64,000 nucleotides of DNA from Candidatus Poribacteria bacterium (GTDB lineage: Bacteria; Poribacteria; WGA-4E; JAJDTR01), in NCBI GenBank assembly GCA_965232235.1, contig OZ246960.1, forward strand, positions 1,132,479-1,196,478, read 5' to 3'. The notes beneath the pieces were generated by a model. It had not been told where the DNA came from and made no database searches. It saw only the letters and a list, made by a program, of their open reading frames with translations. The translations under genes and the position numbers were made by a program. Each line of letters starts with the position of its first letter. Position 1 is the first letter of the stretch. Below, piece by piece: positions 30,501 to 40,318 of this stretch.

Positions 30501-31887
30501 TGTCGGCGATGACGTATGGACCTCCCGCAGACTCGCGCCTACGGGGTGGAACAACATTGACCTGATGCTTGGTAACCGCGAGGACACTTTCCGTTTTTCC
30601 CACATGCTTTACGGTACTGTATCCCTTTATTCACCGCGGGAGCAGGAAACGAACATGTACGTCGGAAGCCATAACGATTTCAAGGTCTGGCTCAACGGGG
30701 CTTTGATTTACCAGTCTTTGCGCTACCATTCGAGTGCGGATTACACAGATTTTCTCCCGGTCACGCTGGAGCAGGGAAGAAATGTGTTGTTGGTAGCGGT
30801 TGAGGCGAACTATAATTCCTTTTTCGGATTTGAATCAGGCACCGAATATACAGTGGCAACTGGTATCGGCTACGCCTTTTCTGAAACACCAATTCACATC
30901 GGCGATACCTTTACCTTCGATGTCCGTGCCGAGAATGTCTCCAACTTGGCGGGCTGGCAGTTCGATATCGCCTTCAATCCTGCCGTCCTCGAAGCGATTG
31001 AAATAAGCGAAGGCGATTTCCTGAAGACCGATGGCGGAGCGACTTTCTTCCAGAGCGGACGCATTGACAATGCGGAAGGAAAGATCACGGGGCTTAGTGG
31101 CGCGCGATTTGGGGACCTCGGAGTCAGCGGAAGCGGTTCCGTGCTTCAGGTGAGATTCAAGGCAATATCTGAAGGTGAGGCGCCAATAGCATTGCAGAAC
31201 TTCCTGTTCGGCTCTATCACGGAGGAAAGCATTAACGCGGCACCCCTTGAAATCCGAATCACCGTGCAGGATCGGCTACTGACCGGGGATGTAAACCGCG
31301 ACGGGGTCGTCAATATTCTCGATTTGATTCGCGTCGCGCGCTTGTTGGGACAAAGCGTAGCCGCTGACTCACCGGTGGATGTTAACGGCGACGGGATTAT
31401 CAACATCTTCGATCTCACGCTCGTGGCGCAGGGCATTGGGGGTGCCGCCGCACCCGCAGTTGCGACAGGGCGCGCCGATACGGCGACCATAGAGGCATGG
31501 ATTACACTCGCACGGCTTGAAGATGACGCTTCGATTTCTTTTCGGCAGGGCATTGCGAATCTTGAAAGTCTTTTAGCCTCGTTCATTGTTCCAGAAGAGA
31601 CGGCGTTGCTCGCCAACTATCCGAATCCGTTCAATCCTGAAACCTGGATACCCTACCAGTTGGCATCCCCGTCAGAGGTGACGCTCAAAATTTACGATAT
31701 GAACGGGAGAGTGGTTCGACGTTTGAATATGGGGCATCAGACGGCAGGGATGTACCGGAATCGCAACCGGGCGGCGTATTGGGACGGTCGGAACCAGAGT
31801 GGAGAATTCGTCGCTAGCGGTTTATATTTCTATACACTGAAGACAGGAAAGTTCGCGGCAACCCGCAAGATGCTGATAAGGAAATAG
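27589..31887 (+). CDS. giant secreted multidomain protein: signal peptide, PSCyt1-like CxxCH domain, second CxxCH region, LRR block, cohesin-like module, dockerin, T9SS CTD
   Basis: Signal peptide 'MFKNHSISALICLLFLTVGFQHVSAQ' (27589-) is in frame with the body 27691-31887 but separated by one TAA (27688-27690). The track ORF starts at 27757 (1376 aa), the first downstream ATG. Motifs: 'CLNCHG...VVPGNPNASELYKRL...MPFG' (planctomycete cytochrome-C-like), 'CIGCHTEG', about 14 LRRs ('LxxLxxLxxLxIxxNxISDLSPLAGL'), cohesin-like 'GDTFTFDVRAENVSNLAGWQFDIAFNPAVLEAIEISEGDF', dockerin 'DVNRDGVVNILDL...DVNGDGIINIFDL', and the Por CTD. Confidence 0.7.
30880..31270 (+). other. cohesin-like module within the giant protein
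   Basis: 'IHIGDTFTFDVRAENVSNLAGWQFDIAFNPAVLEAIEISEGDFL...GSVLQVRFKAISEGEAPIAL' follows the type-I cohesin pattern 'GDTVxVPVxxxNVxNIAGFQFDLxYDPSVLE'. Confidence 0.55.
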
Positions 31888-32066
31888 AGTCATGATGTCG
31901 CGATTCGGAGATCGCTCCTACAATCAGAGAAAGTGAAAAAGGTTATCGCGTGGGGATTGCTGTCAGGATCTTCTATCGCCTTAGGATCTCTATCGCGCGA
32001 AGAACCCAATCACCCTCGCTACTCACTCGGTTGATCCATTCGCTCATTTGATCCATAAAACTAATC

Positions 32067-34271
32067 TCAATGTGTCGGCGGAATGTCGACATCGACAACC
32101 CATCCTCTGGTCGCGGCCGGTTTGTATTCTCCATCGCGGAGATAGTCTGAGGTGTGCCATAGACAGAGTTGTTTCCCGTCCGGCAACCACGTCACGGAGG
32201 TGAGAGCCCCCGCCGCACGCGCAACGGCGCGTTTCTGATTCGCTTCCACATCAAGTAGCCACACCTTCCATCGCAAGCCCATACAATCTTCATGCTCCAT
32301 ATACGCCAACTGATTCCCCCGAGGCGACCATGAGGGCGACGTGTGTTTGAGAATCCTTGTCCGGCTTCGGTCATCGACATCCGTGACGTGAAGGCGTTTG
32401 TCCAGCAAACGGTCGGGGCGAATGCCTCCTTGCAGCACATAGGCAATGTCTTTGCCGTCCACGGACCAGTGGATCTGCTTGACGCGCTGGTGCTGCGTAC
32501 GTATTTCGCCAATCCTCGTTCCGTTGACGTTCTGCAATCGAAGGCGGGCGTAACCCGACTTGTAGTGCTGGTGATCCAGCCCGATAGCGATCCGCTCCCC
32601 ATCCGGCGACCAAGAGGGTATGTCCAAGAAACTGAACGCGCCGACCCGTCCTTCAATCGGGATACGGGCAATCGGCGCCAAGCCGGACGTGTCGCTGTTG
32701 ATTTGATACACGACATCGAACCCTTTGTCCCACCTCCGGAACGCGATTTTGTTGGCGACCGGCGACCATACCGGCGCTTCGCCATTCACGAGGTTGGTCA
32801 AACGTGCAGTTTTCAGATCAAATGTCCATACCTCGCTTTCACCCTCTTTGCGCGCCTCGAATGCGAGCAGATTGCTGTTGAATGACCATGACAGGTTTGG
32901 GTTGTAAAACTTCCCCTCGCACAACTTCCGAAATCGGGTCGCTTCTTTATCCGTGATCCAGATTTCGCTCGCTTTCCAATACTGCCCGGAGAGATCCTTT
33001 CGATTGAAAAACGCGATCGCTTTGCCGTCGGGCGACCAGTGCGGATACTCACCGCCCTCGGTCAGTTCCAATGTACGGATGTTGGAGCAAATCGATGCGT
33101 TGAATTGCACATCATCGGTTTCTTTAAAGCTACCTATGCCAAATTCGTCCATCCACCCGGTTTCGCCGTCCGGGAGTTCAACTTCGTACCAGCCACCCCC
33201 TTCATTCAGAATCGGGAGTGCGACACCGTCGTTGAGACGCAGTTGCACGGGCGAATCGGAATCTTTGGCAGAATAGACAGGCGCCTCATCGTGCACCACG
33301 ATACCGATTTGTCGTTCGTCTGGTTGCGGCTGGGAGGATTCCGCCGCTCGATTCTCGAAGGCGTACACATAGCCGTCATGGGACGTGACGTAAAGGGTAC
33401 CGTCGGAGATCGCGGGCGCCGCGTCAACGAACCCCCGCGTCTTGTATGACCAGGCCTTCTTTTTTGATGCGGCGTCTATGGCGTGGACGTGATGGTCTCG
33501 CGCGCCAATATAAACTACGTCATTGGCTCTGACGGGAAAGCTGTAGGTGTAATCCACAGAACTTCGCCACACCTCGGCGGCGTGCTCGGGAAAAATCGGG
33601 CGCAATTTACCTTGAACACAGCCGAATTCAATCCCGTCAATCCGCACGCGATCTCTACGTTTTCCCTCTGCTTCACCGGTTGTCGCGTTAATGACGTGAA
33701 TCGTGCGCGTGAATGCGCCGATGTGGACTTGCCCGTCGGCTATAATTGGCGGAGAATCGATCCAAGTGTTCGATTTAAATTTCCAAACGAGTTCGCCCGT
33801 TTTGGCTTCAAGGGCGTAAACATAATTGTCTCTCGAACTAAAGTAGACCTGATTGTTCCACACCGCCGCGGCATACCGGATGGCATCGCCGCTGCGGAAC
33901 GTCCATTTCACCCCCCACCGCTTTGCATCAAGCGCGTACAGTACCCCGTCCGTCGAGCCGACGTAGACCGTACCGTCGACGATAACGGGGCTGGCGTGGA
34001 TGGGAGCGCCGGTCTTGAATTTCCAGCGCAAATCTAGCGGCGGTTTGAGCGTCTGATCGGGACTCTTGCCCGAAAAATGCAGATCGCGCATGAACATCGC
34101 CCAATCTCCGGGGCGGGTTTGGGGGGCGCTCAACTTTGCAGTTGGTTTGGATGAGGTTTCAGCGCGCGACTTCGTGCTCTCCGAATCTTGGGTATCCCGG
34201 GAATCTTGAGATTGACAGCCTATCAGCAGGATAAAAGGCACGGATAGGATAAGGATTAGACGCCAAGCCAT
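32067..34271 (-). CDS. lipoprotein with N-terminal PQQ-like beta-propeller and C-terminal TolB-like (PD40) beta-propeller
   Basis: 734 aa. Lipobox 'LLIGC'. PQQ repeats ('GTVYVGSTDGVLYALDAKRWGVKW'). C-terminal 'WSPDGKAIAF'-type PD40 repeats. Confidence 0.65.
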   Translation of the reverse strand: MAWRLILILSVPFILLIGCQSQDSRDTQDSESTKSRAETSSKPTAKLSAPQTRPGDWAMFMRDLHFSGKSPDQTLKPPLDLRWKFKTGAPIHASPVIVDGTVYVGSTDGVLYALDAKRWGVKWTFRSGDAIRYAAAVWNNQVYFSSRDNYVYALEAKTGELVWKFKSNTWIDSPPIIADGQVHIGAFTRTIHVINATTGEAEGKRRDRVRIDGIEFGCVQGKLRPIFPEHAAEVWRSSVDYTYSFPVRANDVVYIGARDHHVHAIDAASKKKAWSYKTRGFVDAAPAISDGTLYVTSHDGYVYAFENRAAESSQPQPDERQIGIVVHDEAPVYSAKDSDSPVQLRLNDGVALPILNEGGGWYEVELPDGETGWMDEFGIGSFKETDDVQFNASICSNIRTLELTEGGEYPHWSPDGKAIAFFNRKDLSGQYWKASEIWITDKEATRFRKLCEGKFYNPNLSWSFNSNLLAFEARKEGESEVWTFDLKTARLTNLVNGEAPVWSPVANKIAFRRWDKGFDVVYQINSDTSGLAPIARIPIEGRVGAFSFLDIPSWSPDGERIAIGLDHQHYKSGYARLRLQNVNGTRIGEIRTQHQRVKQIHWSVDGKDIAYVLQGGIRPDRLLDKRLHVTDVDDRSRTRILKHTSPSWSPRGNQLAYMEHEDCMGLRWKVWLLDVEANQKRAVARAAGALTSVTWLPDGKQLCLWHTSDYLRDGEYKPAATRGWVVDVDIPPTH

Positions 34272-34815
34272 TGACAGTCCTCAGAGATTGTGTTGGAGAC
34301 GATGTCCCTGTTTCAACGAATGAGGGGCATTCGTCAGGAGGATGGGATAGTACCAAAAGAACGGCAGTATAGCATTCACGCAATCGCGCGTCAACGAAAA
34401 TCTCGCTCTGTACCAAGGTGTTCTTCCGTAATGCCAGGGAATTACCGGATTGGGACTGCTCGCCAACCTAGATTTACCGCTTAACATTGCCAAGCGTTTG
34501 TGTTACAATCGCGTCCCGTAAGGATGAGAGGAATGGTGCACGTCATAAGGATGGGCTCTTCGCTTTTGAACACGCAAACGGAGGTACTAAAATTTCTAAT
34601 CATCAATTCGAAGATTGCCCAGAGCCGCCTGAGAGAATTGCGAGCATGGTATTCTATCGCCGTCGCTGTGGTAACAATATCGCATTCACTACGGCATCTC
34701 TTCAGTCTTCCTTATCGGTTATTGATCTGTCGCAAACAACGCCCCGTGTCGCGCTCGCTATCGACTAGTTTGATCTCAGTTGATTTGCCGTTATCTGTTC
34801 TTTGGAGATAAATCT

Positions 34816-36846
34816 ATGAAAACACGACATTTTCGAGCCACGATTTTCCTGTCAATCTGTCTTGCTCTACCGTTAACCGCATCGGCACAAGTCGTAGATG
34901 TCCCGGACTCCAACCTCCGCACCGTGATCGAGAAGGCGCTGAGATTGGCGCCGGGCGACCCGATTACCCAGGCGAAGATGATGGCTTTGAATCGTCTTGA
35001 CGCTAGAAACGCCAATATTAGCAACTTAACCGGACTGGAGGTTGCCATCAACCTGACAAACCTGAACCTTGCGAGTAACATGGTATCAGATATATCGCGA
35101 GTGGCGACCTTAACCAATCTGACAGATTTGAATCTTGCGAACAACATGGTATCGGACCTGTCGCCTGTAGCGGGTTTAATCAACCTGACAAACCTGAATC
35201 TTGCCAAAAACGCGATATCGAACATATCACCCGTGTCGGGCTTACCCAACTTGACGGCGTTGGCTATCGACATCAACACAGTATCGGATATATCACCCGT
35301 ATCGAGCTTAATCAACCTGACAGCGCTGGATTTTCAGAACAACACAATAACCGATATATCGCCTGTGACGAACTTGACCAAATTGGTATTTCTGGTTCTT
35401 CAGAATAACACGATATCGGATATATCACCTGTGGCGGGTTTAACCAACCTGACACTACTATTTCTAGGGAACAACACGATATCGGACATATCACCTCTGG
35501 TGGAAAACACGGGGTTGGGGAGTGGAGACAGGGTTGACCTGCATGGAAACGCCCTCAACTACGCATCCATCCACACGCACGTTCCAACCTTAGAAGAAAG
35601 AGGCGTCGAAATAATCTTCGACAACCGAACACCTCGGAGCATTCGCATCGTCTCGGGCGATGATCAAGAGGGATCGTCCGGTTCAGCGCTCGCAAGCCCG
35701 TGTATCGTTGAAGTGCAGGATGGGAATAGTGTAGCGTTCGAGGGGGTGCCGGTTACATTCGCCGTCACGGCGGGCGGCGGGACACTCAGCGCCGCTAACA
35801 CGACGACAGACGCCAACGGTAGGGCGGAGAGCACCCTTACATTAGGGCCAAATTCAGGCGTGAACACAGTCACGGATTCAGTTACAGGGATTCAGGAGGA
35901 GCCAACGTTCAACGCCGAAGGAATCCGGATACCCAAGGCGTTTTGGATAATCTTCGGGATTGACCAACAAGGGCTGGTCGGTGAAGCGCTTGCTAATCCG
36001 TTTATCGTTGAAGTGAGAGACCAATCCGGCGAACCCATGTCGGGTGCGCAGGTCATGTTCTCCGTCACGGCGGGCGGCGGGACGCTGAGTGTGACAACTG
36101 CCGCAACTGATAGCAATGGTCGGGTAGAGAGTGTCCTAACATTGGGACCGGATCCGGGAACAAACACCGTGACTGTATCTGTGACAGGGATCGAAGAGGA
36201 GCAGTCTGTTAGTGCCACTGCCGAACCTCCCCCGATACCGGAGGATGTAAATAGGGACGATGTGGTGAATATCTTGGATTTGGTGGCGGTCGCGGCGAAC
36301 CTCGGTAATATGGGGACCGACTTGGCGGCGGATGTCAACGGGGATGGGGTTGTGAACATCCTGGATTTAGTGGTCGTAGCGGGTGCGCTTGGGAACGCGG
36401 CGGCGCCAGCTTCGGATCCACGAGCATTGGCGATGCTGACGGCTGCGGAAGTGGGTCGCTGGTTGGCTCAAGCGCAAACACTGGACTTGACCGATGGAAC
36501 AACCCAAATGGGTGTGCTGGTGCTAGAGCAACTCATGGCTGCCTTGACACCGGAGGAGACGCTATTGTTGCCGAACTATCCGAATCCGTTCAACCCGGAG
36601 ACGTGGATACCTTACCAACTCTCACGCGATGCCGAGGTCACGCTGTCGATTTATGATGCCGACGGTTTCATGGTTCGTCGACTGGAGTTGGGGCATCAAC
36701 TAGTGGGCTATTACAGGGATCGGGGTAAGGCGGTGTATTGGGATGGCCGCAACGATGTTGGTGAAAGGGTGGCAAGCGGCGTGTATTTCTATCACTTGGC
36801 AGCAGGGGATATCTCCGCCACGCGGAAGATGCTCATCCTGAAATAG
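34816..36846 (+). CDS. secreted LRR protein with two bacterial Ig-like (Big) domains, dockerin and T9SS CTD
   Basis: RBS 'GGAGATAAATCT' then ATG 34816. Signal peptide 'MKTRHFRATIFLSICLALPLTASAQ'. About 9 LRRs, two Big-like repeats ('VTFAVTAGGGTLS...TDANGRAESTLTLGP'), dockerin 'DVNRDDVVNILDL...DVNGDGVVNILDL', and the Por CTD. Confidence 0.8.
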   Translation: MKTRHFRATIFLSICLALPLTASAQVVDVPDSNLRTVIEKALRLAPGDPITQAKMMALNRLDARNANISNLTGLEVAINLTNLNLASNMVSDISRVATLTNLTDLNLANNMVSDLSPVAGLINLTNLNLAKNAISNISPVSGLPNLTALAIDINTVSDISPVSSLINLTALDFQNNTITDISPVTNLTKLVFLVLQNNTISDISPVAGLTNLTLLFLGNNTISDISPLVENTGLGSGDRVDLHGNALNYASIHTHVPTLEERGVEIIFDNRTPRSIRIVSGDDQEGSSGSALASPCIVEVQDGNSVAFEGVPVTFAVTAGGGTLSAANTTTDANGRAESTLTLGPNSGVNTVTDSVTGIQEEPTFNAEGIRIPKAFWIIFGIDQQGLVGEALANPFIVEVRDQSGEPMSGAQVMFSVTAGGGTLSVTTAATDSNGRVESVLTLGPDPGTNTVTVSVTGIEEEQSVSATAEPPPIPEDVNRDDVVNILDLVAVAANLGNMGTDLAADVNGDGVVNILDLVVVAGALGNAAAPASDPRALAMLTAAEVGRWLAQAQTLDLTDGTTQMGVLVLEQLMAALTPEETLLLPNYPNPFNPETWIPYQLSRDAEVTLSIYDADGFMVRRLELGHQLVGYYRDRGKAVYWDGRNDVGERVASGVYFYHLAAGDISATRKMLILK

Positions 36847-36925
36847 AAATGGATCAACCGACTGAATAAGGAGGGCGATAGCAAATCCCTCAACCGAGTG
36901 GATAGCAAGGGCGATGGTTGATCCC
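36847..36925. repeat. interspersed word-family copy (tandem pair)
   Basis: 'GGATCAACCGACTGAATAAGGAGGGCGATAGCAAATCCCTCAACCGAGTGGATAGCAAGGGCGATGG'. Confidence 0.55.
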
Positions 36926-37192
36926 ACGCCTTACGGTAGGTGCGGCTTCCAACCGAACCGCTCCCACCGAAAACTGCGCCATGAGTCAACTTCTGCGGCG
37001 CATTTTGAAACGCTTAACTGGAATCTTATCGAAATGGGATCAATCGTCCTTTCGGAGAGTTGCAGATATTCATAGAGGTACAAGAATCTTTGGATTTGCC
37101 TATCCGCATCAAGCAGTGGGGAGACGCCGGTGAAGCGGCAAATGGCCGGGGGTCACGTTGCTCAACCCAACCCAAGGAACCGGATATTTTGC

Positions 37193-37221
37193 TTGAAACC
37201 GCCCCGCATCTGTGATACAAT
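37193..37221 (+). promoter_or_regulatory. strong sigma70-like promoter upstream of glyA (distal)
   Basis: TTGAAA, 17-nt spacer, TGaTACAAT (extended -10), at 37193-37221. Confidence 0.5.
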
Positions 37222-37288
37222 TTTTCCCTCCGAGATGGTACGAATCGCCTGCATAATTAGCATTAAGTTTTGGCGATTCAGGATTGTC

Positions 37289-37316
37289 TTTGACAATGGG
37301 TTGTTTGCCGTAGAAT
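37289..37316 (+). promoter_or_regulatory. second promoter candidate upstream of glyA (proximal)
   Basis: TTGACA (37289-37294), 16-nt spacer, TAGAAT (37311-37316). Confidence 0.4.
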
Positions 37317-37340
37317 CGAATCCGGAAACACGGTGGAATA

Positions 37341-38615
37341 TTGGAAAACTTGATGGATAGGTCGCTTCACGAAGTTGACCCCAAACTTGTCGAAATAACG
37401 CTCCAGGATCTGGATCGCCAGCAGAATTGCCTCACCTTAATCCCTTCCGAGAATTACGCCAGTATAGCCGTGATGCAGGCGCAGGGCAGCATTTTGGCGA
37501 ACAAGTATGCCGAAGGCTATCCGGCAGCCCGCTACTATAACGGTTGTCAGTTCATGGACGACGTTGAATCCTTGGCGATAGCGCGCGCGAAGCAACTCTT
37601 CGGCGTTGACCATGCGAATGTTCAACCGCATGCCGGGACACAGGCGAATATGGCTGCCTACCACGCGCTTCTGGAACCGGGCGACACCATCCTGTCGCTG
37701 AAGCTCGATCACGGCGGGCATCTGAGCCACGGGTTGAAGCAGAACTTCTCGGGCAGGTATTACAATATCGTTCATTACGGCGTTGATGCCGAGACAGAAC
37801 GCATTGATATGGACGTTGTTGGCGAGCTCGCGGAGCAGCATCGCCCTAAGTTTATTGTCGTCGGCGCCACGGCATATCCGCGCCAGTTCGATTTCGAGCA
37901 GTGGCGAGCGATTGCCGATTCCGTGAATGCGTATCTTCTGGCGGACATCGCGCACATCGCCGGGCTTATCGCCGCGGGAGTGCACCCTGATCCGGCGCCG
38001 TATTGCGACGTGATAACCACCACAACGCACAAAACCTTGCGCGGACCGCGCGGGGCGATGGTGATGTGCCGTCAAGAGTTTGCCGAAGCGGTAGATCGAG
38101 CGGTGTTTCCCGGGTTGCAGGGCGGGCCGTTCATGCACTCCATAGCCGCCAAAGCGGTTTCCTTCAAGGAAGCGTTGGAACCCGCCTTCAAAGAGTACCA
38201 AGCGCAGGTGGTCAAGAATGCGCAGGCGATGGCAGAAACGCTCAAGTCGAACGGACTTCGTCCGATTACCGGAGGGACGGAGAATCACTTGATGTTAATC
38301 GACCTGAGCACCTCGTATGAGAAGTTAAGCGGTCGGCAAGCGGCAGACCACCTTGAGGACGCGGGAATCATCGTCAATAAGAATACCATCCCCTTCGACA
38401 AGCGCTCAGCCGTCACGACGAGCGGGATTCGTCTTGGCACCCCAATGGTCACGACACGCGGGATGCGGGAGGCGGAAATGAGGACAATCGCCGAATTAAT
38501 TACCGAAACACTTGAAGGTCGGCGCAGTTCGGAAGTCAAGAAACGTGTCAAGGCTAAGGTTTCAGAGCTTTCCCACCAGTTCCCGATCTACGAAGATCTT
38601 CGTCCCTTGCCGTAA
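37341..38615 (+). CDS. glyA: serine hydroxymethyltransferase
   Basis: 424 aa. PLP site '[12 protein letters not shown]'. Conserved SHMT N-terminus. Confidence 0.9.
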   Translation: MENLMDRSLHEVDPKLVEITLQDLDRQQNCLTLIPSENYASIAVMQAQGSILANKYAEGYPAARYYNGCQFMDDVESLAIARAKQLFGVDHANVQPHAGTQANMAAYHALLEPGDTILSLKLDHGGHLSHGLKQNFSGRYYNIVHYGVDAETERIDMDVVGELAEQHRPKFIVVGATAYPRQFDFEQWRAIADSVNAYLLADIAHIAGLIAAGVHPDPAPYCDVITTTTHKTLRGPRGAMVMCRQEFAEAVDRAVFPGLQGGPFMHSIAAKAVSFKEALEPAFKEYQAQVVKNAQAMAETLKSNGLRPITGGTENHLMLIDLSTSYEKLSGRQAADHLEDAGIIVNKNTIPFDKRSAVTTSGIRLGTPMVTTRGMREAEMRTIAELITETLEGRRSSEVKKRVKAKVSELSHQFPIYEDLRPLP

Positions 38616-38632
38616 CCCGTACGCCGCACGAT

Positions 38633-40009
38633 GTGCCATTCATTGCGTTTCACATGATGTTGAACTATGAAGAGGCGCTTGCCTATATCAATTCCTTTAT
38701 CAACGCCGAGAGAAGTCCCGATTTCTCCAGACTGGCGCGCCTTTATAACCTCGATCGCATCTCTCGCCTCCTAAATCGACTTGGGAATCCGCACCGCAAT
38801 CTTAAGGTTGTTCATGTCGCCGGCAGCAAGGGCAAGGGATCCACGGCAGCGTTCATCGCGTCGATTCTGACCCGCGCCGGTTTCAAGACGGGACTGTTTA
38901 CCTCTCCCCATCTGGTGACACCGCGCGAACGTTGCCGCATCGACTCGAATCTCATTTCAATGGGGGCGTTAGCCGACTGCGTGAATCGGCTCAAGCCGGA
39001 AATAGAGGCGGTGTCGGGGATAGACGGAATCGGCGATGTCTCCTTCTTTGAAATATACACGGCGCTTGCGTTTACCTATTTTGCCGGCGAAGGGGTAGAT
39101 TTTGCGGTTGTCGAGGTCGGACTCGGGGGGCGATTGGACGCGACCAACATCGTAAGTCCGCTCGTGAGCGTTATTACCCCAATCAGTTTGGAGCACACGA
39201 CGATACTGGGCAACACTCATGAAGCCATCGCGAAGGAAAAGGCGGAGATTATCAAACCGAACCGCCCGGTTGTGCTTGCGCCTCAGTCCGAGGAGGCAGA
39301 ATCGGTTTTTGAAGTTGTCGCCGCAGATCGGAACGCGCCTGTTTCTCTGGTCGGACGAGACGTAACGTGGGAACACGGAACGCAGGATACTCATGGACAG
39401 ACATTGGATGTCCGCACCCCAAGTGAATCTTACCCGGAGCTCTTTTTGCCGCTACTGGGGACACATCAAGCAATCAACGCCGCAACAGCCATCGCGTGTA
39501 TCGACAGAATTCACGATTCGGGATATGAAATCTCCGCGTCGAGCGTGTACGGCGGATTGAGAGACATTCGTTTGCCGGGACGTACCCAGTTGGTTGGACA
39601 TGATCCGTTCATCGTGCTGGATGGAGCGCACTCTCCGGCGTCGGCAGAGGCGTTACGGGACACGATTCGCGAGGTTTTTAGTTACGAGAAGTTGATCCTT
39701 ATCGCCGGATTCATGCGGGACAAGGACCTGCGCGGAATCGGGGAAATCTTGTGTCCTATGGCAGATACGGTCATACCGACCGAGATGCGCGATAATCCTC
39801 GCACGGTCGGCTCGGAGGAAATTCGTCAGACGTGGTCGGATATTGGAAGCCAATTCCGCATGAGTTCATCGGTTGGCGATGCGATTGCGGAGGCGAAATC
39901 GGTTGCGAGTTCGAGTGACATGATATGTATCACGGGGTCGCTGATTCTTATGGGGGAGGCACTGCAGGTGTTGGGGGCTGTGTGTAAAAGCGATCCTCAG
40001 ACACGCTAA
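38633..40009 (+). CDS. folC: folylpolyglutamate synthase / dihydrofolate synthase (Mur ligase family)
   Basis: P-loop 'VHVAGSKGKGST'. Mur-ligase middle and C-terminal domains. Immediately downstream of glyA. Confidence 0.8.
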   Translation: MPFIAFHMMLNYEEALAYINSFINAERSPDFSRLARLYNLDRISRLLNRLGNPHRNLKVVHVAGSKGKGSTAAFIASILTRAGFKTGLFTSPHLVTPRERCRIDSNLISMGALADCVNRLKPEIEAVSGIDGIGDVSFFEIYTALAFTYFAGEGVDFAVVEVGLGGRLDATNIVSPLVSVITPISLEHTTILGNTHEAIAKEKAEIIKPNRPVVLAPQSEEAESVFEVVAADRNAPVSLVGRDVTWEHGTQDTHGQTLDVRTPSESYPELFLPLLGTHQAINAATAIACIDRIHDSGYEISASSVYGGLRDIRLPGRTQLVGHDPFIVLDGAHSPASAEALRDTIREVFSYEKLILIAGFMRDKDLRGIGEILCPMADTVIPTEMRDNPRTVGSEEIRQTWSDIGSQFRMSSSVGDAIAEAKSVASSSDMICITGSLILMGEALQVLGAVCKSDPQTR

Positions 40010-40219
40010 TTGTAGGAGCAACCTCCGAATCGCGACCAATCGTCGGGAATCGGAATTCCATCCTACGGAAGAATCGCACTGAATTACGCTACAACAAACC
40101 GATTGGAGAAGCGTAGGAGGTGTTGGGGGCTGTGTGTAAAAGCGATCCTCAGACACGCTAATTGTAGGAGCGATCTCCGAATCGCGACCAATCGTCGGGA
40201 ATCGGAATTCCCTCCTACA
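39967..40219. repeat. 152-bp-period tandem duplication spanning the folC 3' end and a REP-like element
   Basis: 39967-40066 and 40119-40219 are ~96% identical ('GGTGTTGGGGGCTGTGTGTAAAAGCGATCCTCAGACACGCTAATTGTAGGAGC..CTCCTAC'). The first copy contains the last 14 codons of folC. Each copy ends in a TGTAGGAG...CTCCTACA REP. Confidence 0.7.
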
Positions 40220-40318
40220 GAACGAAATTTCAATAGAGTCCGGAAACTGTTACTTTGGTGGGGCGATTCGCCGCCCATTGAGAATTGCTAATTTCACATC
40301 TTAGAAAAAGGAGTTGTA

